Part shown: positions 50,585 to 59,879 of the stretch, piece after piece
Position numbering within the stretch: the first letter of the stretch is position 1
Layout of the letters: each line of letters begins with the position of its first letter
Assembly: GCA_040879765.1 (NCBI GenBank)
Contig: JBBDJQ010000001.1
Span: 348,023-412,022, forward strand
Reading direction: 5' to 3'
From: Candidatus Pacearchaeota archaeon
GTDB lineage: Archaea; Nanobdellota; Nanobdellia; Pacearchaeales; GW2011-AR1
DNA: 64,000 nucleotides
Program-made: the position numbers and the translations under genes
Notes under the pieces: generated by a model
What the model saw: only the letters and a program-made list of their open reading frames with translations
Told to the model about the DNA's origin: nothing
The model's database searches: none

Positions 50585-51306
50585 CACCAGGAGGAACACC
50601 CGGCATGGTGAAAAAACAGGTTAAGGGACATTGGATTCAAATTGTAGTTGTTGCCGCCTTTGTGTTTTTAGCAACGTTCATTTATTTAACTTCTTTTTCA
50701 AATTTTGACATAACTGGAAAGATAATTGGAGGTGAAGTAGTTTCCCCAGTTCTTGGAGATGAAATCAAAAAAGGCATAGAGATTGAAGCAACTTTCAACA
50801 CTGCTCCAGATTTGAGTCTTGAAGGGGTGTTTGAAGAATTTGAATTATCTGGAAGTTCAAATTCATACTTGCAGGTAGGAAATCAAAAGTTTCCTTTAGA
50901 TAAGGTAAGAAATAATTTTATTGTCCTTGAAGGATTTGATGGAAAAATTTTATTGAATGGTCCTGAAATCACAGATTTAAGTGGAAGGGTTTCTGGAATT
51001 GAAATCAATGGTATTTCTGTAGTTCCTTCTCAAGAATCTGGTTCAACAAAGGTTAGTTTGGGTGGTAGCTTTGTGTATGAATCATTTGAGATTACGGAAG
51101 AAATTGCGATAAAAGAAATTAATTATGTGACCTCTGGAAATATAAATCTTGACTCGGGAAAGCAAAATTTTAAAGTTGAAAATGATGAGATTTTGATAAG
51201 GAGATTCCAAGGGAATCTTGAAGCTAATAAGGGAAATTTTCAGATTAAAGGAATTATTGATAAATTGGAAATTTTTGGAAATTCTAAAGTTAGTATAGGG
51301 AAATAA
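50581..51306 (+). CDS. Signal-anchored beta-rich extracellular protein
   Basis: One TM helix, then a Gly/Ser/Val-rich region. Confidence 0.45.
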   Translation: MTPGGTPGMVKKQVKGHWIQIVVVAAFVFLATFIYLTSFSNFDITGKIIGGEVVSPVLGDEIKKGIEIEATFNTAPDLSLEGVFEEFELSGSSNSYLQVGNQKFPLDKVRNNFIVLEGFDGKILLNGPEITDLSGRVSGIEINGISVVPSQESGSTKVSLGGSFVYESFEITEEIAIKEINYVTSGNINLDSGKQNFKVENDEILIRRFQGNLEANKGNFQIKGIIDKLEIFGNSKVSIGK

Positions 51307-51692
51307 TGAAGAAAGGAATTTTGAAAGAGGTTTCAAGAGATGTTGTTGCTCTTGGAAGTCCGATATTCTTTTTTCTCATTCTTTTAAGAGTTTCCATAAC
51401 TCAAAATTATTTTTATTTGAGTCAGTTTATTTTATCAGGAATCTTATTTTTGCTTTTAATGTTTTTATTTAAGGCAAATATTTATTCCGGGCTTGGATTT
51501 ATCGCCCTGGTTTTTACATCTATATATTATAATTATTTACCATATGCGATTTTTGGAACCTTTGTTTATCTTTCTTTGTTAATGTCACTCAATTATCTTA
51601 ATGTGGATAAATCTGGAATCATGAGAGGATTAGTTTCTGGAATAGTTTCTTCTTTGGTCGGATATTACTTGGTAGAATTTATTTTTTCTTAA
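51306..51692 (+). CDS. Small polytopic membrane protein
   Basis: 128 aa. Three to four helices. Confidence 0.45.
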   Translation: MKKGILKEVSRDVVALGSPIFFFLILLRVSITQNYFYLSQFILSGILFLLLMFLFKANIYSGLGFIALVFTSIYYNYLPYAIFGTFVYLSLLMSLNYLNVDKSGIMRGLVSGIVSSLVGYYLVEFIFS

Positions 51693-52005
51693 AATTAAAT
51701 CTGTATTTTACTAAATCTATTTTGTTTTTATTTATTTTAATGTCTTCGCTTTTTAACATTTTAATTTTTCTTTTGGTTCCATGTGCAAACCCTCCAACCT
51801 CTCCAGAATATTTTATAACTCTATGGCAAGGAACTTGGTTTTTATGAGTTCCCGGATGCGGATTTTTGTTCATCGCCGTTCCTATTGCCCTGCTTGTTAA
51901 TGGTTTGAAGTTCAGAGCTTTAGCCAAATCCCCATAAGTTGTAACTTTTCCTTTAGGAACTTTTTTTAGAATATTATAAACTTGTTCTTGAAATTCAGTT
52001 AGCAT
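51679..52005 (-). CDS. ogt: Short methylated-DNA-protein-cysteine methyltransferase (Ogt DNA-binding/active-site domain only)
   Basis: VPCHRVI (PCHRV) active-site motif. 108 aa. Confidence 0.75.
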   Translation of the reverse strand: MLTEFQEQVYNILKKVPKGKVTTYGDLAKALNFKPLTSRAIGTAMNKNPHPGTHKNQVPCHRVIKYSGEVGGFAHGTKRKIKMLKSEDIKINKNKIDLVKYRFNFKKK

Positions 52006-52015
52006 CTCTCTGAAA

Positions 52016-52342
52016 TTAATAATCTGGAAGTTCTTCTTTTTCTCCAGATTCAGAATCTAAGGTTTCTTGTTCTTTTGGTTTTTCCTGAGGTTCTGAGTTT
52101 TCAGGATTAGCAGAGTTTTCTAAATCTTTTTCGTCTACCGAATTAATCATTGATTTAAATTCTGCAAATTTTTCTGCAGGAATTCTGAGCCCTTTCTTTG
52201 TTGGTCCAGTATACTTCTCACTTGCTGTGAATTCCCTTATATCAACTCCAACTCTGCCATTGTATTCTCTAATTCCTACAACAATATCAGTCACAGTCCC
52301 TTGGAATTCTCCTTTGTTTATTTTCCCTATATCTTTTTCCAT
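52016..52342 (-). CDS. PC4/YdbC-like ssDNA-binding protein
   Basis: GRVGVDIREF...GPTKKGLRIP, matching the PC4 C-terminal domain. Confidence 0.6.
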   Translation of the reverse strand: MEKDIGKINKGEFQGTVTDIVVGIREYNGRVGVDIREFTASEKYTGPTKKGLRIPAEKFAEFKSMINSVDEKDLENSANPENSEPQEKPKEQETLDSESGEKEELPDY

Positions 52343-52387
52343 ATTTAAGTTTAGAAAGAGGTTTATTTAAAGTTTTTGGAGATTTTT

Positions 52388-52551
52388 TGAGAAAAACGCC
52401 CCGACCAGGACTCGAACCTGGATGTCCGTATGGACCAAGATCTTTGGTTCTTCCATCTCGCGTCAGCGACATTTTTAGGAAGGTTGATGGTTGGGGAATT
52501 TGGGTTTCCTTACCTTTCCAATCTTGTGCAGTACCCTTGTGCCATCGGGGC
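52388..52551 (-). tRNA. tRNA-Ser (anticodon GGA) with an intron of about 73 nt
   Basis: Reverse complement gives acceptor GCCCCGA/TCGGGGC, anticodon stem CAAGA/TCTTG, loop TTGGAA plus intron, variable arm GTCC-ATAC-GGAC, T-arm CCAGG-TTCGAGT-CCTGG, discriminator G. Confidence 0.6.
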
Positions 52552-53274
52552 TTACTTTAATATTCGTTCATTCTCTTTTGTAAATCTTTCTATTAGCCTT
52601 CTAAATAAAAAAACTTCTTCTTTCTTCAAATAAAAGTAACCACTCAGTGAAGCAATCAACGCCCCGAAGCTATTAACAATTAAATCCCACATTGTATCTA
52701 TCAAACCTGACTTTTGCATATTGGATCTAAATAATTGGTCTATTGAAAATTCAAATATTTCCCATAATGCACCAATTCCCATTGCAAAAAAGAAAGCGAA
52801 AAATGCTATTATACTTGGGCTTGCTTTAATTTTGTCTCCTTTATGAAGAACATATAGTATGAGGAATCCTATAAATCCAAAAACTATTGCTGAACCAGTG
52901 TGTAAAATAGCATCCCACCACCAAAATTTAACATAATATCCATGAGCTTCTCCTAAAAATAGGGTCGCATAAATAAAAGCAATTATTATAACCTCAAATT
53001 CCAATGGGAGATTTATTTTATATCTTGCTTCAAAGAGTTTTGGTAAAAAAGTTAAGAGGAGAGTTATTATTGCTACAAAAAGAATGGTCCATCTTTGAGT
53101 AAAAATGGAACTTACAATTGCTATTATTAATGAGATTCTTATAAAAAAGAGTATGGAATAGTTTATTTTATCTATTAATTGTGTGTCTTTTTTTAAGGGG
53201 AATATCAATTTCATTTTTATGTAAAAGGAATTAAATTTATAATTTTTTGTAGGGTTTACCGAGTAATCAATCAA
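52552..53274 (-). CDS. Polytopic membrane protein (hypothetical)
   Basis: 240 aa. WEIFEFSIDQLF...DTMWDLIVNSFGAL motif. Confidence 0.45.
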   Translation of the reverse strand: MIDYSVNPTKNYKFNSFYIKMKLIFPLKKDTQLIDKINYSILFFIRISLIIAIVSSIFTQRWTILFVAIITLLLTFLPKLFEARYKINLPLEFEVIIIAFIYATLFLGEAHGYYVKFWWWDAILHTGSAIVFGFIGFLILYVLHKGDKIKASPSIIAFFAFFFAMGIGALWEIFEFSIDQLFRSNMQKSGLIDTMWDLIVNSFGALIASLSGYFYLKKEEVFLFRRLIERFTKENERILK

Positions 53275-53321
53275 TAAACAAGTAAATAAAACTTTTTATA
53301 TGGAGCAATCATTGATGGGCT

Positions 53322-53780
53322 ATGGAAAATAACAAGCAGCTTGGAGTTATTCTAGTTATTTTCTCATTGATTGTTGGAGGAATATTCTTGTATTACATTT
53401 CTAATCTCACAGAAAAATCTGTGGAACTTGGATGTTTTGAAGATGTAAATTGTTTCTCAGTTGAGCGTGGTTTGTCTGTTTCTCATGCAGCAATAGGAAT
53501 TTTCTCTTTCATTCTTGCTCTTGGAGTTTATCTTTTATTATTCAACAGGGAGAAGATAATCAAACAAAAAGAATATGACTTGAGCAAATTAAATAAGGAA
53601 GAGAAAGGAATCTTTTTGTTTATAAAAGAGAATAAAGATAAAGGAGTTTATCAAAGCGAGATAGTTGAAAAATTTAGTTTTCCAAAGTCAAAAATCTCGA
53701 GAATATTGGATAAGTTTGAGAGATTTGATTTAATTGAAAGAAAGAGGAGAGGTATGACAAACCTTATCTTCCTAAAATAG
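53322..53780 (+). CDS. Membrane-anchored winged-helix (MarR/ArsR-like) regulator
   Basis: Two TM helices, then GVYQSEIVEKFSFPKSKISRILDKFERFDLIERKRRG. Confidence 0.55.
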   Translation: MENNKQLGVILVIFSLIVGGIFLYYISNLTEKSVELGCFEDVNCFSVERGLSVSHAAIGIFSFILALGVYLLLFNREKIIKQKEYDLSKLNKEEKGIFLFIKENKDKGVYQSEIVEKFSFPKSKISRILDKFERFDLIERKRRGMTNLIFLK

Positions 53781-53828
53781 GATTTTGGCAATGGAACTAG
53801 TTTCACGTTACTTTTATAAGGTGTTTTT

Positions 53829-54512
53829 ATGACGTTTATAGATAATAGGATGGAAGAAAAAAAGAGGTGCGATATTTGTGACAGAGAATTCAAAAATAGT
53901 GATAGCCTTGCCCATCATAACAAAGCTAAGCATCTGGAAAAAGTTCCTAAAGAAAGAAAAAAATTGTCTGTTAAGAAGCTAAAAAGTTGGGGGATTTTTA
54001 TTGTTTTAGTTATCTTATTGTTTTTTGGGATTTATGGATTGGTTAAAAATAGTGTGGTTGGAGGAGAAGATTTTAGCAAATCAATTCCCATTTTAAGAGA
54101 TGATAGTCACATACAAGTTGGTTCCGAACCTTCGGTTGCATATAATTCAAATCCGCCGACTTCGGGACAACACTATGCAACACCTGCCCGTCCAGGTTTT
54201 CGTGAAAACCCAATTGAAGATGGCTACCTCATACACAGCATGGAGCATGGCCTCATATGGATTTCATATCACCCTCGTATTGGAGAAGAAGCTGATAAAT
54301 TGCGAGAGGTTGTTGGAGCATTTACAGTAATAACTGAGAGAGCAGAAAATGATGAAGACATAGCTATTGCGGCATGGGGGCGATTGGATACTTTTAATCT
54401 TGAAAATGGAATTATTAGTGCTGAAGATTTACAGCGGATTAATGATTTTGTAACTCGTTATACTAACAAAGGTCCAGAGAGAATTTCCCCTGGCCAGCAC
54501 GGAGGAATTTAA
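53829..54512 (+). CDS. C2H2 zinc finger / TM / DUF3105-domain protein
   Basis: CDICDREFKNSDSLAHHNKAKH (C2H2), one TM helix, then NPPTSGQHY...HSMEHG. Confidence 0.6.
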   Translation: MTFIDNRMEEKKRCDICDREFKNSDSLAHHNKAKHLEKVPKERKKLSVKKLKSWGIFIVLVILLFFGIYGLVKNSVVGGEDFSKSIPILRDDSHIQVGSEPSVAYNSNPPTSGQHYATPARPGFRENPIEDGYLIHSMEHGLIWISYHPRIGEEADKLREVVGAFTVITERAENDEDIAIAAWGRLDTFNLENGIISAEDLQRINDFVTRYTNKGPERISPGQHGGI

Positions 54513-54523
54513 AACAAAGAGAT

Positions 54524-55063
54524 ATGGAATTAAAACAAATTTTTACGGCATGGAAAAAAGTTTTCAAAGGTTGGAAATATGTTTCGCTGGCCATCTTCAT
54601 TGCTTTTACTTTTTATTCTTTTAACACAATCATTGGCAATTGGGAAGCACTAACTTCTTTTTATTCTTCCCTAGGATTTTTTAGAACAATTAAGTTGTTC
54701 TTCACATTGTTATTAGGATTTCACAACACCGTCACATTCCCTTCCTTTATTTCGTTGATTATTATCAGTGTGTTATTTGGGCTTCTTTTCAGTCTGATTA
54801 TATACAAAACAATTGAAATAAAAACAGCACTTAAAGGGGGCGGTATTTTTGCTTCTGTTGGAATCTTCCTTGGCGCATTGGCTCCTGGATGTGCTGCATG
54901 TGGAATTGGCCTATTATCTGTCTTTGGATTCAGTGTGGCATTCCTGACATTTCTTCCTTTTGATGGGCTTGAACTATCAATTTTATCGATTGCAATCTTA
55001 TCATTTTCCACTATTAAAATTTCTCAAAAAATTAACGAAGGAATAACATGCAAAATAAATTAA
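54524..55063 (+). CDS. Membrane protein with intramembrane CxxC (GCAAC); putative thiol-disulfide partner
   Basis: About five TM helices. PGCAACGIG lies in a helix. Immediately upstream of the DsbA-like gene. Confidence 0.45.
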   Translation: MELKQIFTAWKKVFKGWKYVSLAIFIAFTFYSFNTIIGNWEALTSFYSSLGFFRTIKLFFTLLLGFHNTVTFPSFISLIIISVLFGLLFSLIIYKTIEIKTALKGGGIFASVGIFLGALAPGCAACGIGLLSVFGFSVAFLTFLPFDGLELSILSIAILSFSTIKISQKINEGITCKIN

Positions 55064-55086
55064 TGGCAATGAAAGAATAAATTCAA

Positions 55087-55797
55087 ATGGTTGAAAGGAG
55101 GTTTATAATGGGCAATAATACAATAACAATAAAGAAAGATGATTTATGGAAATATTCTACTTTTTTACTTCTTGCAGTTGTGGGAATTATGGGGATTGTA
55201 GCATTTACGGGACAAACAATGCAGCAACCAAATCCAGCAGATACTCAGGCGGCTCAAATAGGAAAGATAGTGGTTGACATAGAGGGTGCCGTTTATATGG
55301 GGGATGAAAAAGCTCCTGTGACAATGATAGAATTTTCTGATTTAGAGTGTCCTTTTTGTAAGAAGCACAATGATGAAGCATTTAATCAGATAAAAGAGCA
55401 ATATATTGATACTGGAAAAGTGAAGTACGTGTTTAAGCATTTCACTCCTACGCTTGTAAATCCAAATTATCACCCTGATGCAATTAATGCTGCCCTTTCA
55501 GTGGAATGTGTGAGGGAGCAAGGAGGTAATGAAGCGTTCTGGGAAATGGAATCTAGAGTATTTGCTAATCAAGGAGCTAACAGTGTGAATAATCTTAAAT
55601 TTATGGCTCAGGAATTAGGGTATGATATCTCTGCTTGCCTAGACTCTGAGAAATATCTTGATAAGATCAAAAAAGATTTTTCTGATGGTCAATCGGCAGG
55701 AATTAGGGGAACTCCCGGATTCATAATAAATGGAAATCCTGTAAGCGGAGCGCAACCATTCAGCGTTTTCCAACAAGTTATAGAATCAGAACTCTGA
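55087..55797 (+). CDS. DsbA-like thioredoxin-fold oxidoreductase (CPFC active site), signal-anchored
   Basis: FSDLECPFCKKH. Confidence 0.8.
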   Translation: MVERRFIMGNNTITIKKDDLWKYSTFLLLAVVGIMGIVAFTGQTMQQPNPADTQAAQIGKIVVDIEGAVYMGDEKAPVTMIEFSDLECPFCKKHNDEAFNQIKEQYIDTGKVKYVFKHFTPTLVNPNYHPDAINAALSVECVREQGGNEAFWEMESRVFANQGANSVNNLKFMAQELGYDISACLDSEKYLDKIKKDFSDGQSAGIRGTPGFIINGNPVSGAQPFSVFQQVIESEL

Positions 55798-55894
55798 GAA
55801 TAAAGAAGATTTTTTTATTTATTTTTTTATTTATTTTATTTTAAAACAAAGTGCTTGGGATTAATGCCCCAACTGAACGCAAGACAAAAGTCTC

Positions 55895-56791
55895 TTAGTT
55901 AGGGTTTTTTAAATACCTGCCATATTCGGCTAAGTATCTTCTAAAAAACCATTGAATAAATATATTGTCGTCTTGGTTTACCTGTGATCTTTCTAAGGCA
56001 TTATAATAACTACTTCTTTTTGTGTAATGAATATCTAACATCGGAAACTTGAATTTTTTTAAGACAAAATTCATCATTAATCTTGAAATCCTATCATTAC
56101 CATCTGTGAAAGGGTGAATCGTTACAAATTTTAGATGAAGTAAAGCTGCTAATTCAACGGGGTGCATTTTATTTTTTTCTCTATTATACCAGTCAAAGAA
56201 TTCTTTCAAAAAGGTTTCTAACTCCAAATGCATTGGGGGTTTAAACTTTGATTGAGAAATTGTGATATCGTGATTTCTTGTTTTGCCTGCTATGTCTTTT
56301 GCTGTTTTCTTCATTAGATCCTTATGCCATTTTAATACAATTTGCAAATTCAAATCTTTTTCATAATCAAGCATTTCAAAGAAGACTTCTTTATGTGCCT
56401 CAGCCTCTTTAACATCTCTTAAGGGCTTTGATGCAGGAGTTATTCCGTCTTCCAATAATTTAGCAGTATCTTTTAATGAAAGAGTGCTTCCTTCAATTCT
56501 TTGAGTATTGTAAGTAAATTTAACTGCAAAAGTATCTTTTTCCTTCTTTCTTGCAGAAACAGGCATTGCCTTATACTCTTTATCAAAATTCTTCTGAATC
56601 TTATTTATGTTTCCAAAGAACTTTTCTTTGTAAAATTCCTGCATAAACTCTTTCTTCTTTTCTTTTATATCTTTTGGGATATTCTCTCCTAAATAAAATT
56701 GTTTCTTCTTCACAGATTTGCCTTCTCGGTAGCTATGAACAAGATAAAAATATTTCTTGTTGCCTTTTTGCATTTTTTTAATTTCTACCAT
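55895..56791 (-). CDS. Fic/Doc family protein
   Basis: HPFTDGNDRISR, a variant (GNDR) of the HPFx(D/E)GNGRxxR motif. Confidence 0.8.
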   Translation of the reverse strand: MVEIKKMQKGNKKYFYLVHSYREGKSVKKKQFYLGENIPKDIKEKKKEFMQEFYKEKFFGNINKIQKNFDKEYKAMPVSARKKEKDTFAVKFTYNTQRIEGSTLSLKDTAKLLEDGITPASKPLRDVKEAEAHKEVFFEMLDYEKDLNLQIVLKWHKDLMKKTAKDIAGKTRNHDITISQSKFKPPMHLELETFLKEFFDWYNREKNKMHPVELAALLHLKFVTIHPFTDGNDRISRLMMNFVLKKFKFPMLDIHYTKRSSYYNALERSQVNQDDNIFIQWFFRRYLAEYGRYLKNPN

Positions 56792-56849
56792 AAGAATTCT
56801 TATACCTACATATTTATAAATTTATTGTTTTTGTTAAAATGTAGGTACA

Positions 56850-56922
56850 CGCCCCGACCGGGATTCGAACCCGGGTCACGGCCGTGAAAGGGCCGCATTC
56901 TTGGCCTCTGAACTATCGGGGC
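56850..56922 (-). tRNA. tRNA-Glu (anticodon TTC)
   Basis: Reverse complement gives GCCCCGA..CGGCC-CTTTCAC-GGCCG..CCGGG-TTCGAAT-CCCGG-TCGGGGC-G. No intron. Confidence 0.7.
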
Positions 56923-57244
56923 TAAACTAAGTAAAAGTATAGAAATTAGTTTTTAAAATTACCTAAAGGCTCAATCAGTTTTATAGTGGAAATAAAACTT
57001 TGTTGGCTTTAAAGATACATCAACAATTGCCCAAACCCACACGACTAGTGGAGGGATGAAGAGAATCCAAAAAAGAAAAACACTCAAAATTAGACCAACC
57101 CAGAATTTAGTATGATCATACTTATATGAATAAAGCCCAGGTCCAAAAACTTAAAAAAATTGCCAAAACAAGAGCAACACCCTTGCTTTTTCTAATTACC
57201 ACTTTTTCTCTTTTCATTTCTTAAGTTATTGATAAGAATTTATA

Positions 57245-57374
57245 AATTTTTATAATGAGCCCACACGGATTTGAACCGTGGACCTCTGGCTCTCTTAGAG
57301 TCTAGGAAGACCTCCCAGAGAAATACAATTCTTTGAATTGCACTCATATAAGACCAGCGCTCTGACCAGGCTGA
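57245..57374 (-). tRNA. tRNA-Ile (anticodon TAT) with an intron of about 54 nt
   Basis: Reverse complement gives GAGCCCA..GCTC/GAGC D-arm, anticodon stem CTGGT/GCCAG, loop CTTATA plus intron, T-arm CACGG-TTCAAAT-CCGTG, acceptor TGGGCTC, discriminator A. Confidence 0.55.
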
Positions 57375-57427
57375 GCTATGGGCTCTCGATTATAAATTAT
57401 TTGTTTAATATTTAAAGTTTCTTGAAT

Positions 57428-58036
57428 CTAGAATTCAAAGACAAGCTGTTCAAATTCACTTGCAGAAGATTCTGAATCTTGATTTCTAACCCTTTTAGAT
57501 AAGTCTTTCAACCATTTAATTCTATCTTCTTCTATAACCTTCTCTAGCTCTAGTTTTCCAAGATTTTCAGCATAGTTGAATTCAACCCAATAACCATCAA
57601 TTTCATATTTTATTGCAAAAAAACCAGGCTTTACAAATGACTTCTCAACCTCAATAGACAAATCACCAAACTTATTTTCAAGTGCTTTTCTTTCTTCATA
57701 AGTTAAATCTGGGCTAAAGGATGATCTCTTTTGTATTGTGGAGGTTTCTTCTTTATGTAATGTTGTTTCTTGAGCTTCTAAAAATTCTTCTGCATGAGAG
57801 GATGAAATTGCATTACTGGTTATTCCTCCAAAAGCATAGGTTCCGTATAATGTCCCAATTATGGCAAACATCCCTAAAAAAATTAATAGGAATTTTAGAT
57901 TCTTAAAATTTAAACTTAAACCCAGACCTTTTGAACCCTTATATTCAGAAATAACTTTCCCATCAACTCTTTTACTATGGTATATATAGGGCCCGTAAAT
58001 TTTACCATCTCTTTTTATGTATTTTTTGTAGGCCAT
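57428..58036 (-). CDS. Hypothetical membrane-anchored protein
   Basis: 202 aa. One TM helix. Confidence 0.4.
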   Translation of the reverse strand: MAYKKYIKRDGKIYGPYIYHSKRVDGKVISEYKGSKGLGLSLNFKNLKFLLIFLGMFAIIGTLYGTYAFGGITSNAISSSHAEEFLEAQETTLHKEETSTIQKRSSFSPDLTYEERKALENKFGDLSIEVEKSFVKPGFFAIKYEIDGYWVEFNYAENLGKLELEKVIEEDRIKWLKDLSKRVRNQDSESSASEFEQLVFEF

Positions 58037-58048
58037 TTAAATTTAGTT

Positions 58049-58243
58049 TTATTTTTTTGTTGCAGGAAATAAAACTTTGAGCATCTTTCTTAAGTTATCA
58101 TCTAAAAAACAGACGTCTTCAAGAGCAATCTTTTCAATAAGTTTTGTTAAAGCGCCTCTGCCGTAAAAACCGGTCTCATTTGCTTTTTTCAAAAGCTTTT
58201 TTTTCATTTCTGCATCAAGATATAACTTAACTGGTTCTTTCAT
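58049..58243 (-). CDS. Small RHH-like (CopG/antitoxin-like) protein
   Basis: VKLYLDAEMKKKLLKKANETG, a strand-helix pattern. Confidence 0.4.
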   Translation of the reverse strand: MKEPVKLYLDAEMKKKLLKKANETGFYGRGALTKLIEKIALEDVCFLDDNLRKMLKVLFPATKK

Positions 58244-58459
58244 TTTTCCTCTTTTCTTAAGATATATGGTTTTTCCCTTTTATAAATTTTACTTACGCGT
58301 AGGAAAACAAATTTTTATCGACGGAGAAATAAAAATGATTTTTTACTTACAAGCTAAAAATGTAAGGTAACTGTAAAAATCTCCATAGGCATGAAAGTTT
58401 ATGCTTTCAGGCCTGTTTTATACCCTTAGATTTATCTTTAAAATTATATTAATTTTTAC

Positions 58460-59878
58460 ATGTCTGGAGGTGTATGGTATCTTTCTTTTAGAAATAAAAA
58501 AATAGAATTTAGTAAATTTAATTCTGGTAAAAAAAATTCTAAGAAACCAAAGACAGAAACAAAAAAATCAAGAAAAAATCTCACAGCGAATTTATTTTTA
58601 GGATTCTTTTTTACAATCTTTTTTTCTAGTGTTGTTTTGGCCGTTGCAATAACTGATGATTTGCATTTAAATATTCAAACAACTGATTCAGGTGGAGGAA
58701 TTGTTACAGGGAGTTTTGATTTTGCTTTCAATATCTCAACCGCAGAGAGTTGTTCGGTTGCAAATGTAATTTATTCAAATACTACCTCTCTCACCACAGA
58801 TACGAGAGGGGTCATAAGTTACTATCTACCCAATGTGACTTTGGATTACGATGAGCAATATTGGCTTTGTTATTACAGGGATGGAATTTTGCAAGATGCT
58901 TCTAAGATTTCAAGGACGCCTTATGCTTTCACAGCACAGAATATTACTTTGAGTGGTGTTGATGTAGATACTAATTTTGATGCCACAGGATTTAATGTTA
59001 CGGCAGATAGTGGTTTTTTTATTTTTTTAGGAAACCTTGCAAATAGGGTTACAAATATTTTTTCAAGTGGATTAAATGTTGTTGGAGATGCAAATATAAA
59101 TGGGACCCTTTATGTTAATGGGCAAAATGTTTCAACTGGGATAGGTTATGTACTCAATGATTCTTTCCTATTTAATACAGGAGACACAGGAACAGGGGAA
59201 TTTATTTTTGGAGATATTAATATTTCTGAATCTACTGGAAGGATTGGTGTAGGCACTGCAGCCACTGAAGTTTTGGATGTTGCAGGAAATGTTCAGGCAA
59301 CAGGTGCTTTCCAAACTACTAATAATGAGGTAATTTATGCCGGGAGTACGCTTGGCCAGGTTCGATTTTCTAGACCGGTTTCAACAGATGATATTGCATT
59401 GTATGCAGGGGGTCTTGAGAGAATAAGGATAAACGGAGGCAATGGATTTTTTGGAATAAACACAACAATTCCACAAACATTGCTTCATGTAGCAGGAAAT
59501 GCCTTATTTAATGGAACAATAAACACTGCTTCAAACAAAATAATAAATCTTGCAGATGGGACTTCCGCACAGGATGCTGTGACTTTATTTCAGCTTCAAG
59601 AAGTTAATGCAACGGCAAATCTTACAGGTGGAGGAACTCAAAACAGGATTGCGAGATTCCTAAGCGCAGGATTTTTGGGGGATTCTTCAATAACAGATGA
59701 TGGGATAGTTGTTTCTGTAAATAATGATGATTTGCATATTAATACTACAAGTGGAAATGTTGGAGTCAATACAAACAATCCAGGGTCAAAATTAGAGGTT
59801 GATGGTACATTCGAGGCAAAAAATAACGGAGGTTCAATGAGGGTTGATTCGAATGGAGATATTAAAGTTGGAATTTAA
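58460..59878 (+). CDS. Signal-anchored repetitive surface protein (sequon-rich), paralogous module to the downstream giant ORF
   Basis: Basic N-terminus plus one TM helix. Many N-x-S/T sequons. The segment NKIINLADGTSAQDAVTLFQLQ is shared with 59880+. Confidence 0.6.
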   Translation: MSGGVWYLSFRNKKIEFSKFNSGKKNSKKPKTETKKSRKNLTANLFLGFFFTIFFSSVVLAVAITDDLHLNIQTTDSGGGIVTGSFDFAFNISTAESCSVANVIYSNTTSLTTDTRGVISYYLPNVTLDYDEQYWLCYYRDGILQDASKISRTPYAFTAQNITLSGVDVDTNFDATGFNVTADSGFFIFLGNLANRVTNIFSSGLNVVGDANINGTLYVNGQNVSTGIGYVLNDSFLFNTGDTGTGEFIFGDINISESTGRIGVGTAATEVLDVAGNVQATGAFQTTNNEVIYAGSTLGQVRFSRPVSTDDIALYAGGLERIRINGGNGFFGINTTIPQTLLHVAGNALFNGTINTASNKIINLADGTSAQDAVTLFQLQEVNATANLTGGGTQNRIARFLSAGFLGDSSITDDGIVVSVNNDDLHINTTSGNVGVNTNNPGSKLEVDGTFEAKNNGGSMRVDSNGDIKVGI

Positions 59879-59879
59879 A

